A DNA stretch of 61,133 nucleotides, counting the filler. It is 13 parts of 13 records of this genome, joined end to end, with 100 filler letters (N's around TTAATTAATTAA, not from the genome) between each part and the next. Parts side by side here need not be neighbours in the genome. Positions count along the whole stretch, not along the records: positions 1 to 3,362 come from SRR15195285_10337; positions 3,463 to 10,375 come from SRR15195285_10355; positions 10,476 to 14,744 come from SRR15195285_10380; 10 more parts are not named here. The stretch is one strand, 5' to 3'. Numbering within the stretch: position 1 is the stretch's first letter; the number at the start of each line of letters is the position of its first letter. Positions 1 through 10,782 of this stretch are shown piece by piece. A program made the translations under genes and the position numbers. Below the pieces are notes generated by a model. That model made no database searches. It saw nothing but the letters and a program-made list of their open reading frames with translations, and was not told the origin of the DNA.

Positions 1-43
1 TCCCATTTTCGCGGCAATGCATGCTGTGCGTAACGACTAGGTA

Positions 44-973
44 ATGGTGCTGGTTCAGCTGCTTGTACTGGGCGGCTGGGCGACACGTGCAGCTGGTAGT
101 GCGCACAACACTGACGGTCTGGCCGCACGTATGCTCACGGTTTTCCACATCGGCCCCCGCAACGTGAGCCGCAACACTATCCCGGCAAATATGAACAGCG
201 GTGATGCGCGTGGCGAGATGTACTGGGACTTGGGATGGAAAGTGGAGGCACTCGAGTGCGCCAATCGGAGCGCCGCGCCGCACCTGTACGCGTCAGACTG
301 CCTGCGCAGCGGTGACAACTATCTGGAGTCGCAGAACACCTCCAACCTAGTCATCACGCAGGTGGAACTTGAGATTGATGGAGAGTTCGACGGCTTCGCC
401 TCCTGTGTGCCGGACCAATTCGGACGCAACTATCGCTGCAGTCCCAATTCGTCAGCTGTAGGCACATGGAATCTGACCGAGATCACGCCGATAACAGTGT
501 ACGGCAACTGCAGCAGTCCGACCGATGGCTGCCGACGACACAATCTAACTCGCCTAGACTTCTGGCGCTTCAACACTTGGCAAAAATTTGGTGGTCAGTG
601 GTACTCTACGCCAACGCGTGGCCGTTGCGCAGCGGAACAACCGGTGGGCCACGCAGGCTGCACTTGGAAGGTGAGGCGACTGATCAAGCAAGTTGCTAAG
701 GAGTGTTCGGATCGTGGGGTGTTCTCAACAGTGGTGCGGCGCAATCAAAACTGCTTCGGTCGGTGCCCGCTACCTCAAAATACAAGCAGCGCGTGCTTCG
801 TCAACTGCTTCTATGAGACAATGCTGGGCCCCCGAGCTGGAGATGGGATCGGGCCAAAGTACATCGGTGGAGGTATGCATCTGAACGAGTTGGAACGGGC
901 GTGGGCTGCGCCATTTCAAACGTCAGATGCGTTGGAAGGTGGCTGCCCGGACCTACTCGATCCCTCTGAATAG
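44..973 (+). CDS. Secreted cysteine-rich hypothetical protein (309 aa)
   Basis: Hydrophobic N-terminus (MVLVQLLVLGGWATRAAG), many Cys, several N-glycosylation sequons, GGQWYSTP..G.C..CTW block; no family recognised. Confidence 0.75.
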   Translation: MVLVQLLVLGGWATRAAGSAHNTDGLAARMLTVFHIGPRNVSRNTIPANMNSGDARGEMYWDLGWKVEALECANRSAAPHLYASDCLRSGDNYLESQNTSNLVITQVELEIDGEFDGFASCVPDQFGRNYRCSPNSSAVGTWNLTEITPITVYGNCSSPTDGCRRHNLTRLDFWRFNTWQKFGGQWYSTPTRGRCAAEQPVGHAGCTWKVRRLIKQVAKECSDRGVFSTVVRRNQNCFGRCPLPQNTSSACFVNCFYETMLGPRAGDGIGPKYIGGGMHLNELERAWAAPFQTSDALEGGCPDLLDPSE

Positions 974-1043
974 ACAGCAGCAGAGGTTGTCTTTGAAAAG
1001 ACAGCTTCAGAGGTTGTCGACGCTGCTGCTGGCAAATGATTAT

Positions 1044-1313
1044 TCATGTGGCCACACTAGACATCTGGAACTCTGGGGTGCTTCTTTCTGTTACCCCTCC
1101 TACTGGTGGCGTTCTAGCTCCTGTGCTATACAGCGTCGCGAGGTCCACAGTGGATCCACCACCAGCTTCTGGGTCTCTGAACTGCATAAACTTCTCCAAT
1201 TCAGCCTGGGCTTTATCCATTATAGCACGCGCATGCCAAGTGATCAATAGAACCATTCTTAATGTCCCGCCGACCAACAGCAGCATTAGCAGTAAAGAGC
1301 CTCGCCCACCCAT
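1044..1313 (-). CDS. Possible small membrane or secreted protein
   Basis: ATG at 1313 gives MGGRGSLLLMLLLVGGTLRMVLLITW, a hydrophobic segment followed by a polar tail; no homology recognised. Confidence 0.25.
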   Translation of the reverse strand: MGGRGSLLLMLLLVGGTLRMVLLITWHARAIMDKAQAELEKFMQFRDPEAGGGSTVDLATLYSTGARTPPVGGVTERSTPEFQMSSVAT

Positions 1314-1530
1314 CGCACTCTCACGCCCTTCTGCTACTTTCCCGAGCGACTGCACGGATCCTGCATGTGAACGCCCATCATTGCAACAACGGTCAACGCA
1401 GCTACTAGTGCATCCGGGATGGAGCAGTCGTCGCCATCGAACCCCGGGGGACACGGAACTGGCTGGTACAAGGAGGAAGCCACAAATCATCTGCCATTTG
1501 ACAAAAAGGTGTCACGCTGCGACCGAGAGG

Positions 1531-3088
1531 TTAAGTCCATATATCTACCCCCGAAATCATCAGTTGGCCAGATCCATGGTCGAACCTAAGCGAGATATTA
1601 TGAGCTGAGGCTCTCGGCAACCCTCGTGCAAGCCACACGTGCTGTGCGTGACGTACGTACTCCGACTTGCCAACAAGCATCGTCTGTTGAACCACACCGT
1701 CTAAGATAACGGAAGCGTTTGTTCCCTGTGGGCCTGTAGAGACGTAGACTGCGACGGCACTGCCCCTAAAGCCTAACTCCAAAGATGGAATATTGCCACC
1801 ATACGGCTCGGAGCCCAACACATGAGCTTCTGAGCTAGTAGAAAACGGCGACACAGTGACTTGCACTCCACCTTGACCTCTGATAGGCTTGTTCTGCCAT
1901 GGCAAAAAAGCTGTCCCGCCGTCCACGCCCAGCCACGCCCTGTACGGTTGCATTCGCACCCAAGAAGGCCACTTCCGCCGCCCTAGCACTGACGGCGGGG
2001 GAGCAGGCGTAGGTGGCAACTGCAGCGGCATCCACAGCACTTTGCCATCGCCTCGTACACAAGACCTTTCCTCTGCAGAAAGAGCTGATCCGTTGGGCCA
2101 AAGCAAGCCCTGGTAGATTGGACAGCCATCACATTTTGCAACTCCCCAGCCAGAATGGCTTACCATCAGCTCCCATACAAACCAGCCCAGGCCTTCCGCT
2201 CTCAACACGTCGAGATCACCACACACCTATACAGCAAAGGTGGTGTGTTTCGTGTTGAGCAATGAGCAGGCTGCGTCCGCAACTACACAGCTAGCTACTC
2301 GTTTTGAATGCAATCAGTGGAACAGTACACACCGGATCCCAAGGCCGGTTCATGATTTCGCTCGCAAATCCCAACGGCTTGTTAGACGACCGAGCGAGCT
2401 TGCGGACAGATGCAATTCCCTGTTCCATATCGCTCTGATTCCCATCGTAGCTGTGAAAAGATACCACGTCGACATACTTGACCTGCTCTGCCTCGTGGGT
2501 CCAGCGCCCAAAGTCTCCCATGCCGGTCGTGACAAACTGACGAGGGCCACGCAGCCGACGAGCGGCCAGCACAAGCTGCTGAAGCGCCTTGCGTTTTGCA
2601 TCGGCATCTCTTGTGGTCGCACTAAAATAACACTCGTTGCAGAGGTCGTAGCCCATGACCGTATCGTCGTCAGCGTGTGACTGGACCACTACATGCAGGT
2701 AGGCCTCCACTGCCGAAGCGTTGAGCAGCGGCTTCAGTAGATCACCTGTGTCGAACAAGATTGGCATCACACGTATCTGATTTGTCCGAGCAATAGCTAT
2801 GAATCGGCGAAGATTGCGCTCGAAGGCCCCTGGATCTTTCACGAAGGAGCCCGGCGACGCACGAAACCGCAGAGCATTGAGGTTCAGCTCCGACCGCGCC
2901 CATCCCACCTCTCGTTCGATCACAGCTGCGTCAAACATTGAGTCTGGCGCGAGGAAGTCCCAGTGGACTGCAGCAGGGCTGCTGGGGATGTAGTTGGCTC
3001 CGCGCACATCCGATAGTTCCAGCGCTGCGGGGCCTGCTGTGATCACCTGCGCCAGCATCGGTGGCACGAGTGATGGCAGTAGAAGCAT
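1531..3088 (-). CDS. Secreted clan GH-A glycoside hydrolase (GH5/cellulase-like), 2 exons
   Basis: Signal peptide; RGANYIPS, LNLNALRF, YDLCNE (acid/base), DVVSFHSY, ASE (nucleophile), GWFVWELM; intron 2227-2332 (GTGTGT..TAG) joins ORFs 2291..3088 and 1531..2226 as WDP|VCGD; C-terminal beta-sandwich-like region. Confidence 0.8.
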
Positions 3089-3150
3089 CCCGTCGCCACC
3101 CCAAGCTCCGCGTGGGAGCTACGTATCCTGGCGGGCGGGCCGGCGCCGGG

Positions 3151-3160
3151 TATATATATA
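3151..3160. promoter_or_regulatory. (TA)5 TATA-like element in a CG-rich, palindrome-rich upstream region
   Basis: TATATATATA about 62 nt upstream of the GH5-like ATG; an identical tract at 9348-9357 lies upstream of the beta-helix gene. Confidence 0.4.
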
Positions 3161-3362
3161 CGTACTGCATGTGCCGGCGCGCGGCCGGCGCCGGCCGGCG
3201 TGCGCATGCGCATGCGTGGTACGATACGGTATCGCGGCGTACCCCATCACACACCGACCACTGTCAAAGCAGCGCCGATTAGAGCGTATTCGAATACTGA
3301 GGGGGACAGTAAAGGTCAGGCCCTTATTGAGTTCAGGACAGTATTGAAATTCCACCGGTTAC

Positions 3363-3462
3363 NNNNNNNNNNNNNNNNNNNNNNNNNNNNNNNNNNNNNN
3401 NNNNNNTTAATTAATTAANNNNNNNNNNNNNNNNNNNNNNNNNNNNNNNNNNNNNNNNNNNN
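3363..3462. other. Artificial contig-joining spacer (first of 12)
   Basis: 44 N + TTAATTAATTAA (stops in all six frames) + 44 N; repeated at 10376, 14745, 24156, 28122, 32315, 35971, 39775, 44615, 49143, 52662 and 56991, each 100 bp. Confidence 0.98.
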
Positions 3463-3724
3463 ATCAATTCACTCCGGCGCGTTGAACGAGAGCGTTGGCA
3501 GTCCCGCGGGGGTGTACGCTGTACGGCTGCATGTACGCTACACTGCGCTGAGCGTAGTAATTATGAATAGTATACGTACCGGTATGAGCGCGTGACGGAC
3601 GCGCGCGCGACGCGCGCGCGCGGCCGGCCCGCGCGAGCACCCCCCCGCCACGCAGTGCCTACGAACTTATACGCACAGAGCGTTCACAAGCTCCGGTGCA
3701 TCTACCAGTGGCTGACAGTACTGT

Positions 3725-5369
3725 ATGCGCTGTCACAGCTGCGCCCACAACACCGCTGCAGCTGTGGCGGGGCGCCGACTGCAGCTACGGGCAACACTGT
3801 GGCGTCTCTTATCGTCACCTTCGTCGTGGTTGGCAGCTCTGCCGGATGCTGCAACTCGGGGCTGTGCCACAGTCCATGTTGTCACTGGACCAAGGGGTCG
3901 ACATAAGCATGCCGCATCAGCGCTGGGGATGGCAGGCGTGGTGGGTGGTGCACTGATTGGACTGAGCCTGCCCAGGCATGCTACTGCACTGTCAGCTCCA
4001 GCAGCAGTACTAAGGCCGGACACGCGCCACCGATCTCCATGCGTCACGAGCGACGACGAAACAGTCCTTCCCATGTCACCACACCACAGACAGCTCGCGA
4101 TGAATCTCATGGAGACCCTTGATCAGAACCAGGACGGCACGCTGACGTTTTCGGAGCTACTCAAGCTGACAGACATGACTGAGCCACACTGGTCGGACAA
4201 GAAGCGTCGTGCCAAAGCAGAGCTGCTGATGCAGGAGATGGATGCCGACAAGGACGGAATTGTTTCGCCAGAAGAGTTCATTTACTACATCGAACGCCAG
4301 TACGAGTCGTTCGAGGAACGCCGACACTTGTTCACCGTAATCAGTGCCATCGAGTCACTGGAGCAGTGGTCGTCTGGAGCGATTACGGATGATCGACGCG
4401 CGACCACAATTGTCCAGCAGCTCGAAATCTCCCAGATTGCCACCCTTGTCAACGCCATTGTTGACCTGCAGTACTTCGATGAGGATCAGGAGCAAGAAAT
4501 CTTTGAGGACTGCGTGGCGCAAGTTCTGTTCGTAGTTGACAAGTTGCTCCCACACCCGTACAAACAGCTCATCGTGAACAGACGGTCGGATGACACAGAG
4601 GGTTTGCCGGACAATGTTGCAGAGCCACTTAAGGTGCGGCTAGAACGCAGCATCGAGAAGTCACTCACTTTGTCATGCCTTGAAGAGGCCGAGGAGCGGC
4701 GGCTTCGGACTGCCGTCGTGGAGATTCTCGTCGAATCGATGAAGCCGGGGCATTCGTTGGAGGACGTGACTGACGCCCGAAAGTCAGGCAAGCTCATCAT
4801 GAACGTCTTCATCCGGGGCAGCGTCGCGATGATGCAGAGCTCACAACGGGACAGTGTAGTCGATACAGTGCGCACCGTTAGCTTCAGCCTGCCTCTTTAG
4901 CGATAATACTGCAGAATTCGAAGCGCGGCAGATCTCACGCACGCCCATTTGATTGATGCAGGTGACGCAAAACATCGAAGTTCCGTTCGTGCCCGTCGCG
5001 ATCCGCACCAGAGTAGTTGAATACATGCTGGAGAAGATTGAGAAGATTGTCGAAGAAGCTATCAACAACCTCTATCTCCACCATACGAAGCCAAAGCTCG
5101 TTCCGATCGACTTTGACCACGACAAGTTCCACAAGGAAGTGGAGCAAGAGCTCGTGGACCTGATGTTGCCGCTCGTATCCCACGCGTTTTTGCCGGCAGG
5201 ATTGGCTGACCGGACGGTGCGCAAATTTGTCGAACATACGGTCCTAGCTGTGATCGATGTCGATAGGCTGGGTGAGGCGATGGAATACATTGTATCGAAA
5301 CAAGAGCTAGCAAGCGAGGAGAAGACGGCGTTATTGCGCAATGAGCTTGATGATGGGGCGCTTCTATAA
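3725..5369 (+). CDS. EF-hand pair protein with N-terminal basic/hydrophobic leader, 2 exons
   Basis: EF loops DQNQDGTLTFSE and DADKDGIVSPEE; intron 4868-4961 (GTGCGC..GCAG) joins VVDT|VTQN; Arg-rich leader plus hydrophobic stretch may be organellar targeting; start codon uncertain. Confidence 0.8.
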
Positions 5370-6369
5370 ACTCTTGCATTTGGGCGGATGCTTTTCAAAC
5401 GTGCGCGACTAACGCGGAGATGGTCGATCCGTCCCGTACTCACGTACTGTACTGATATGGCGTCGGATGATAGTTGTCTAACTCCTGCTGATAGTGGTAC
5501 CGGTACCTTGTAGCTAAGATAGGCATGCATTCATGCCTATCCCTCATACTCTTTGAGAGAGTTCTAGTAGAGATGTTCCATTATGGATGCCGTCGATTAT
5601 ATCTGTCTGTGCCGTACTGCCGTCTGTGGTTGACAACCTCCGAAACAACCACAAACGGCGCCGAGCTGCCCTCTCGGTGGCGCTACACCCCGTCGCTAGA
5701 ATCCGAGACTAGCTACACACAACCTGGGCAATGCCTAGTCCGGTACTCTCACTACAGTGTTTTCAATCGATCACAGAAGTATGCATGGGCCGGGTTCTCC
5801 CTCCTATAGTAGCAGCGCAGCTATTTGTTGGGCGGCTTGCTCGGCTGCACGCCCTTGGTGATCTACTCTGGGCTGAGAACCCTGGAGGCACTCGTGCTGC
5901 CGCTTGAACGTCACACAGCGCCAAGCGCCGGAGGACTCCGTGAGAGACCGGGCGGGACTACAATCCGGTCAACTCCGGCGCCTGAACAATTCCAAATCCA
6001 CCGCGGTAGGGGGTGAAACTTTGAGGAACCGCAAAATCACAACTGTAGTGCAAGACGGATGGATGATCGCTGAGCGATCACGCCTGATGATCAGGCAAAA
6101 CTGCATGGATGGACGGATGGATGGCCTCGCCGCACGACGTCGCGTTTTGGTCCGTCGCGACCGGCGCGCGCCGCGCGCGCGCAGCGGGACGCGTGCGGGC
6201 GGCGGGCGGACCGCGATGCCAGCGAGCGTGGGTGGAACACAGGGCTGGTGAGTGCGCAGCTCAATCCGGTTGTTGGGCGCTGCAGCAGACGGAGCGTGCT
6301 GCGATAGGAGAAGGCACCGTGGAGTCGGCTCCAGACGAACCCGCAGATTCGCCCAAAATATATACTTCG

Positions 6370-7524
6370 ATGCCTAAGGGGCACAAAACTGCGCGAGAAG
6401 ACGAAGCGGCCGCGGCGGTGCCGTCGCCTAAGCGGCTGAAGGCTATGTTCGCAGACGCAAGTGATGAGTTATTGCTTGCCGAAGTAGAGCGCCGCAACCT
6501 CACGGAGCACGTTCGCCACGCTGCTGTGGAGGCAGCAGTCAAGGCAAACTACACCGTCGGAACCGTCTTGGGGGAAGGTTCTTCGGCTAAGGTGTATGCA
6601 GCCACTCACAACAGCACAGGCGAAGACTTCGCAATCAAGTGGATCGATAAAAACGGCGATATGAATGACGACGCGTCTATGGCCGCGGAGCTTGCGATCC
6701 TCAAAAGGCTTCACCACAAGAACATCGTCAACCTGCACGAAGTTTTTGAATCCGAGACCACACTCTGGCTGATCATGGAGAAAGTGGGCGGCGGTGAGCT
6801 GCTTGGATACTTGGAGGAGCTTAATCACCTCAGTGAGGCTTACGTGCGCGATATTGCGAAGCAGCTCTGCACGGGTCTGCACTACATTCACTCTGCAGGC
6901 GTGGTACATAGAGACATCAAGCTCGAGAATGTGTTGCGCGCCACTTCCAGTCCAGATTCATGTGTCAAGATTGCTGACTTCGGCCTCGCGGCAATCCTGC
7001 CCCGCTTCGAGAAGCACAACTTCGATGTCGATGCGAGTGTCAAGCGCAAGTCTTCTAAGAATCTCAAGGATATGTGGGGTACTCCCCAGTACTTTAGCCC
7101 CGAGCTTATTGACGAAGCATACGGGACGCAGGTCGATGTGTGGTCGCTCGGCTGTGTGTTATACGAACTGCTGTCAGGCCACAAGCTTTTCGGCGAGTCA
7201 ATCGCTAATATCGAAAACATCTGGGACGACGAGAATGCCGAAACGGCGCTGTATGCAGAAATCAAGGCGGGGCCGTCATCGGCTGCGTTCTCTTCTGAGA
7301 AGTGGGATGCCGGCATCTCAACTGAGTGCAAAGGCTTTCTGCTGGCTCTATGCAATGTCGACCCAGTGCAACGTCTGAGTGCCGGAGAGGCTCTCAAACA
7401 TTCGTGGATGAGCGACAAAGTCGGCAGCAAGGCAGCGACCCATCATATTGCGGCGGCACACGGCAAGTTGCGCAAAGCAGTGGCCAAGAAAGCACCCGGA
7501 AAGGCGAAGAAAAAGGCGAAGTGA
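6370..7524 (+). CDS. Ser/Thr protein kinase, CAMK group
   Basis: LGEGSSAKV, FAIK, HRDIKLEN, DFG, GTPQYFSPE, DVWSLG; basic C-terminal tail; likely start MPKGHK at 6370. Confidence 0.93.
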   Translation: MPKGHKTAREDEAAAAVPSPKRLKAMFADASDELLLAEVERRNLTEHVRHAAVEAAVKANYTVGTVLGEGSSAKVYAATHNSTGEDFAIKWIDKNGDMNDDASMAAELAILKRLHHKNIVNLHEVFESETTLWLIMEKVGGGELLGYLEELNHLSEAYVRDIAKQLCTGLHYIHSAGVVHRDIKLENVLRATSSPDSCVKIADFGLAAILPRFEKHNFDVDASVKRKSSKNLKDMWGTPQYFSPELIDEAYGTQVDVWSLGCVLYELLSGHKLFGESIANIENIWDDENAETALYAEIKAGPSSAAFSSEKWDAGISTECKGFLLALCNVDPVQRLSAGEALKHSWMSDKVGSKAATHHIAAAHGKLRKAVAKKAPGKAKKKAK

Positions 7525-7636
7525 GCACTCTGATATCATTATGGCTGAGCAGTACAAATGGAATGTGAATGCAATGCAAGAGCTGAACCTACATCGGCGA
7601 TGCGGTCGTTCTGTGCACTTGCACTTTACGTCGCAG

Positions 7637-9205
7637 TCACAGTGCTGCCGATGCCGCAATATACCGCACATCCGTCGCCATATTCTTGAACACGTTCCCT
7701 TCGAGCACCGTCCTCTGTGGATCCGGGCCGACTTCAATTCCAATCTTCTGTGCAACTTTCTCCCTAGTCACGGAGCTTTCAAATATGCAGCCGACAACGG
7801 TCGTATCGTGGGTGTGGTGTAGAATTTGTATACCACATCGTGTCTGCTCAGCGCCTTGAGCCAACAGCACAAGTCATCATTATTATTTTTAGTTCGCGGG
7901 CACAAGTGTGAAATTTGAGAGCGCGAGGTGTATTGACGGAGTGGCACCATTGTCGCGCAGCGTGCAGTCTTGTATTGTGCATCGGTGAGGCGCAAAGAAC
8001 TCATAGGTCGCGTCGGAACGGCCACAAAGGATACCAACCTTCCCGTTGCGCTCAATCACACAGTCTTTGATTAGGTTGTCTGTATCTCTGTGACCTATTG
8101 TGATGCCATAATCGCGGTTGTCTGAGAACACGCAGCGCTCTGCCAGCCCATCTGTCACGCCCCAGCAGAAGAAAAGGCCTTCGCGGTTCCCGAGTGAGTG
8201 GCAGTCTGTGAAAATTGGCCGCTGCGAGCCAGACCCAGGATGAAAGCCAAGGACGGCATTGTTTTCCGATGTGCAGCGTTCGAAACTGATGTCATCGCAG
8301 ACCTGGAAAGAAAACCCATCGCCGTTCCAATTGCGCGCCGTTACGTCCACAAACGATATGCGGTGTGCATGCTGCAAGAACACCGCGCCACCGTAGTTGC
8401 CGTTTGCCGCGCCACTCATGACTTCGAGTGGATTCTCTGCTACGTTGCCGTCCAGCTGACGTTCGAGCATGCAGGAACGATGGTCAGTAGGCTGAAGGCA
8501 AAAACACTCGAGCATGCACGCAAGAAACAAGAACATAGCTGCGGGAATTAGCCAGACAATCAGACGGCGCACAGCCAGGTTGGAGACTGTAAGATCCCCG
8601 ACAGGGTCGCGGATGCCGCTGTCACCCGAGCCACCGTTGAGGCCCCGCTCACCAATAGCCGTGAGGAGCGAGAATGCAGTTGATGCAGTCGCACAAGCAC
8701 CGTCTTTTCGCCAGGCGTTCTGCTCTAGCCTGCGGCTAAGGAAGAGCGTGTGACCTTCGATTCCAATGACAGTGTCTTTGATTAGTGCACTGCCGAAGTG
8801 CTGGCCGTCGGGTATGTCAGCCGCGATCATTATGCCGCAACCAACGGTGAATCCACTCGGGTCATCGACGACGATCTGATTTTCGTACCAGTCCGCGTCC
8901 TTACTCAGCTTGCTGCAGTGCCCGGCGGCCTTCTTCAGGACGGTACTGGCTCCGTCTCCGCGAAGGTTCACCCCCTGGCGCAGCTGCACCGCGTTGCGCA
9001 GAGTGTATGTGCCAGCACCAAGCTGCAACGTCCCACCACCAAGGCGGTGCAGGTAGTCCATCCCCGCCTGAATCGCCAGATTGTCGCCACCAACGAGGAT
9101 GTGCCCAGCACCGTCCACTCCACTGGTCTGCTGATGGTGGTGCTGGTGCTGCTCGAGACGTAGCGTGAGTGTCCGCGGGCGAGACTGCGTGCGGTTATCG
9201 GTCAT
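7637..9205 (-). CDS. Right-handed parallel beta-helix (pectin lyase fold) protein, 3 exons
   Basis: GGDNLAIQAGMD..GGGTLQLGAGTY cap and repeated beta-helix rungs (GDGFSFQ, GFHPGSGSQRP, GLFFCWGV, GITIGHRDTDN); in-frame intron 8456-8572 and a second intron linking DNG to the last exon (ORF 7637..7870). Confidence 0.85.
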
Positions 9206-9427
9206 CGCGTAGATCTAGCGGGCCAGGCCCCGCGCCACTCACCCCGCACGCACTATACGCAGGCAGTGTGCATCGGCTGCCAGTGGCCGCGTGGTATCCC
9301 TCGATCTACGCGTGCGCATGCGCCGCGCGCCGCGCCGCCCGCTAGCGTATATATATACTGTATGTAGCGGCGGCGCGGGCGGGACCGACGACCCGCGACC
9401 GATGTACATGTAGTCGCATGTCTAGGA

Positions 9428-9644
9428 AGGGCATTTGTATAAATGCGAACCGATTTTGCCCGTGTTTGGAGAGCCGTTACGAGTGCGAAACCGTTACACC
9501 GGGCCGTTTTTTTGGAATATATCCCGAGGCAAGGTCCTAAACGGCTGCCACCATACCGTGGGTTTCAACGAAACGGCTGGGGAAGGCACACTAAGCTAGC
9601 CGTTTCGAGGCCGTTTTTCAGGGTTCGCATTTAAAATCGACCCC
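9428..9644. mobile_element. MITE-like or transposon-end structure
   Basis: Perfect 12-bp inverted repeat TAAATGCGAACC (9440-9451) / GGTTCGCATTTA (9622-9633) enclosing about seven CCGTT/AACGG motifs in both orientations; AT-richer than its flanks. Confidence 0.45.
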
Positions 9645-9780
9645 AAAATGGTGATTTTTAGCGTACTCCTGAGGCGTTTGCTAGAGCATTAGCGTGCGTA
9701 CGAGAGAGGCTGTGGTCTACAAAACGATCAGGCGTTGCTGAGGCAGTAGGAAAGGGTTAAAAATGATCACAGGAGTGTAT

Positions 9781-10350
9781 TTAAACACCCTCTGTGTCGA
9801 TTGCAGCGTCGATTTCGGCGTCAACGTCCATGTCTGTGGACGCATCTGCCGACGCCTCAGGGTGCGCCGCGGCCGCTGCAATGCCGTCCACCACGTCTTC
9901 CGGCTCCTCCTCCTCGTCCACGACGGGGCCAGAAGGGGCTTGCATCGCGAGAGCTCGCTGGGCCGCCGTCATCGGCGCCAAGGTGCCGACCAGAGTGCGC
10001 AAGTCGGCCTTTAGCACACTCCGCCCAAAGGAGCTCGGTGTCGGTACCGATCCGCCACGGCCGACAATTAGCTGCCGCAGCTCGGCGACGCTCAGCGATT
10101 CGATGGCCTTGCCAGCGTCAATCTGCCCCTCCAAACCGGCGGCCGCCCGAACCGCAGCCTCGCGCTTCTCCTTTGCAGCCTCCTCCCTAGCCTGCTTGGC
10201 CGCAGTGGCCGCAGTGACCTTCTCCTCACGCTGCCTGAGGCCCTCACGGCCCTGTGCACGGAACTCGGCGACAGTGCCCCATGCGCCATGCGAGGTGTCC
10301 TGCCGGCGCTTCTTCACGGCCTCAGTGTCGGTCGGCAAAGGATCAGCTTC
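9781..10350 (-). CDS. 3' exon of a truncated gene: coiled coil, SAP/HeH-like helix, acidic tail
   Basis: TAG acceptor at 10351-10353; IESLSVAELRQLIVGRGG..KADL resembles a SAP motif; 5' part lost at the spacer. Confidence 0.55.
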   Translation of the reverse strand, partial: EADPLPTDTEAVKKRRQDTSHGAWGTVAEFRAQGREGLRQREEKVTAATAAKQAREEAAKEKREAAVRAAAGLEGQIDAGKAIESLSVAELRQLIVGRGGSVPTPSSFGRSVLKADLRTLVGTLAPMTAAQRALAMQAPSGPVVDEEEEPEDVVDGIAAAAAHPEASADASTDMDVDAEIDAAIDTEGV

Positions 10351-10701
10351 CTAGAGTTGTTTTGCGACCGGGGGGNNNNNNNNNNNNNNNNNNNNNNNNN
10401 NNNNNNNNNNNNNNNNNNNTTAATTAATTAANNNNNNNNNNNNNNNNNNNNNNNNNNNNNNNNNNNNNNNNNNNNCCATCGGTGCGCGATGTTGCTGCTG
10501 CAGGTGTATGTCCCCGGCATGCAGCTAGGCGCGTGCGTGGCACGCGTATCCGGCGTCCCTCATATCTCCTGCATTTGCAGAATTCAGTGGGGTTCAATGC
10601 CAGAGCCTGCTACAGAGTTTTCACATTTTCGCTCAAATCATTTCGGTACCGCGGCGGTACAGCTGTACCCGGGTACCGCGTGCCTGGTACATGTACTACT
10701 G

Positions 10702-10782
10702 TTGAGACCTGGCAACTCTTGAGACCTGGCAACTTCATACATTTGGCTGGTGCCACTCATTTGTATGGAGTTGCCAGGTCTC
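10702..10782. repeat. Tandem plus inverted repeat (hairpin)
   Basis: TTGAGACCTGGCAACT twice with 17-bp period; 10721-10741 pairs with 10762-10782 at 20/21 positions. Confidence 0.85.

Noticed and set aside
3363-3462. Recurrent TTAATTAATTAA flanked by N runs as a biological repeat or CRISPR
   Set aside because: Identical 100-bp construct at 12 sites with six-frame stops; it is an assembly spacer. ORF ends reading LIN or X are artefacts.
4040-4600. TSDDE and RSDDT in the EF-hand protein as further KSDD-type linkers
   Set aside because: They lack the Lys and do not separate secreted enzyme domains.
6109-6369. 87-aa N-terminal extension of the kinase ORF
   Set aside because: Runs through a CG-rich promoter-like tract; ATG 6370 after an AT-rich element is the more plausible start.
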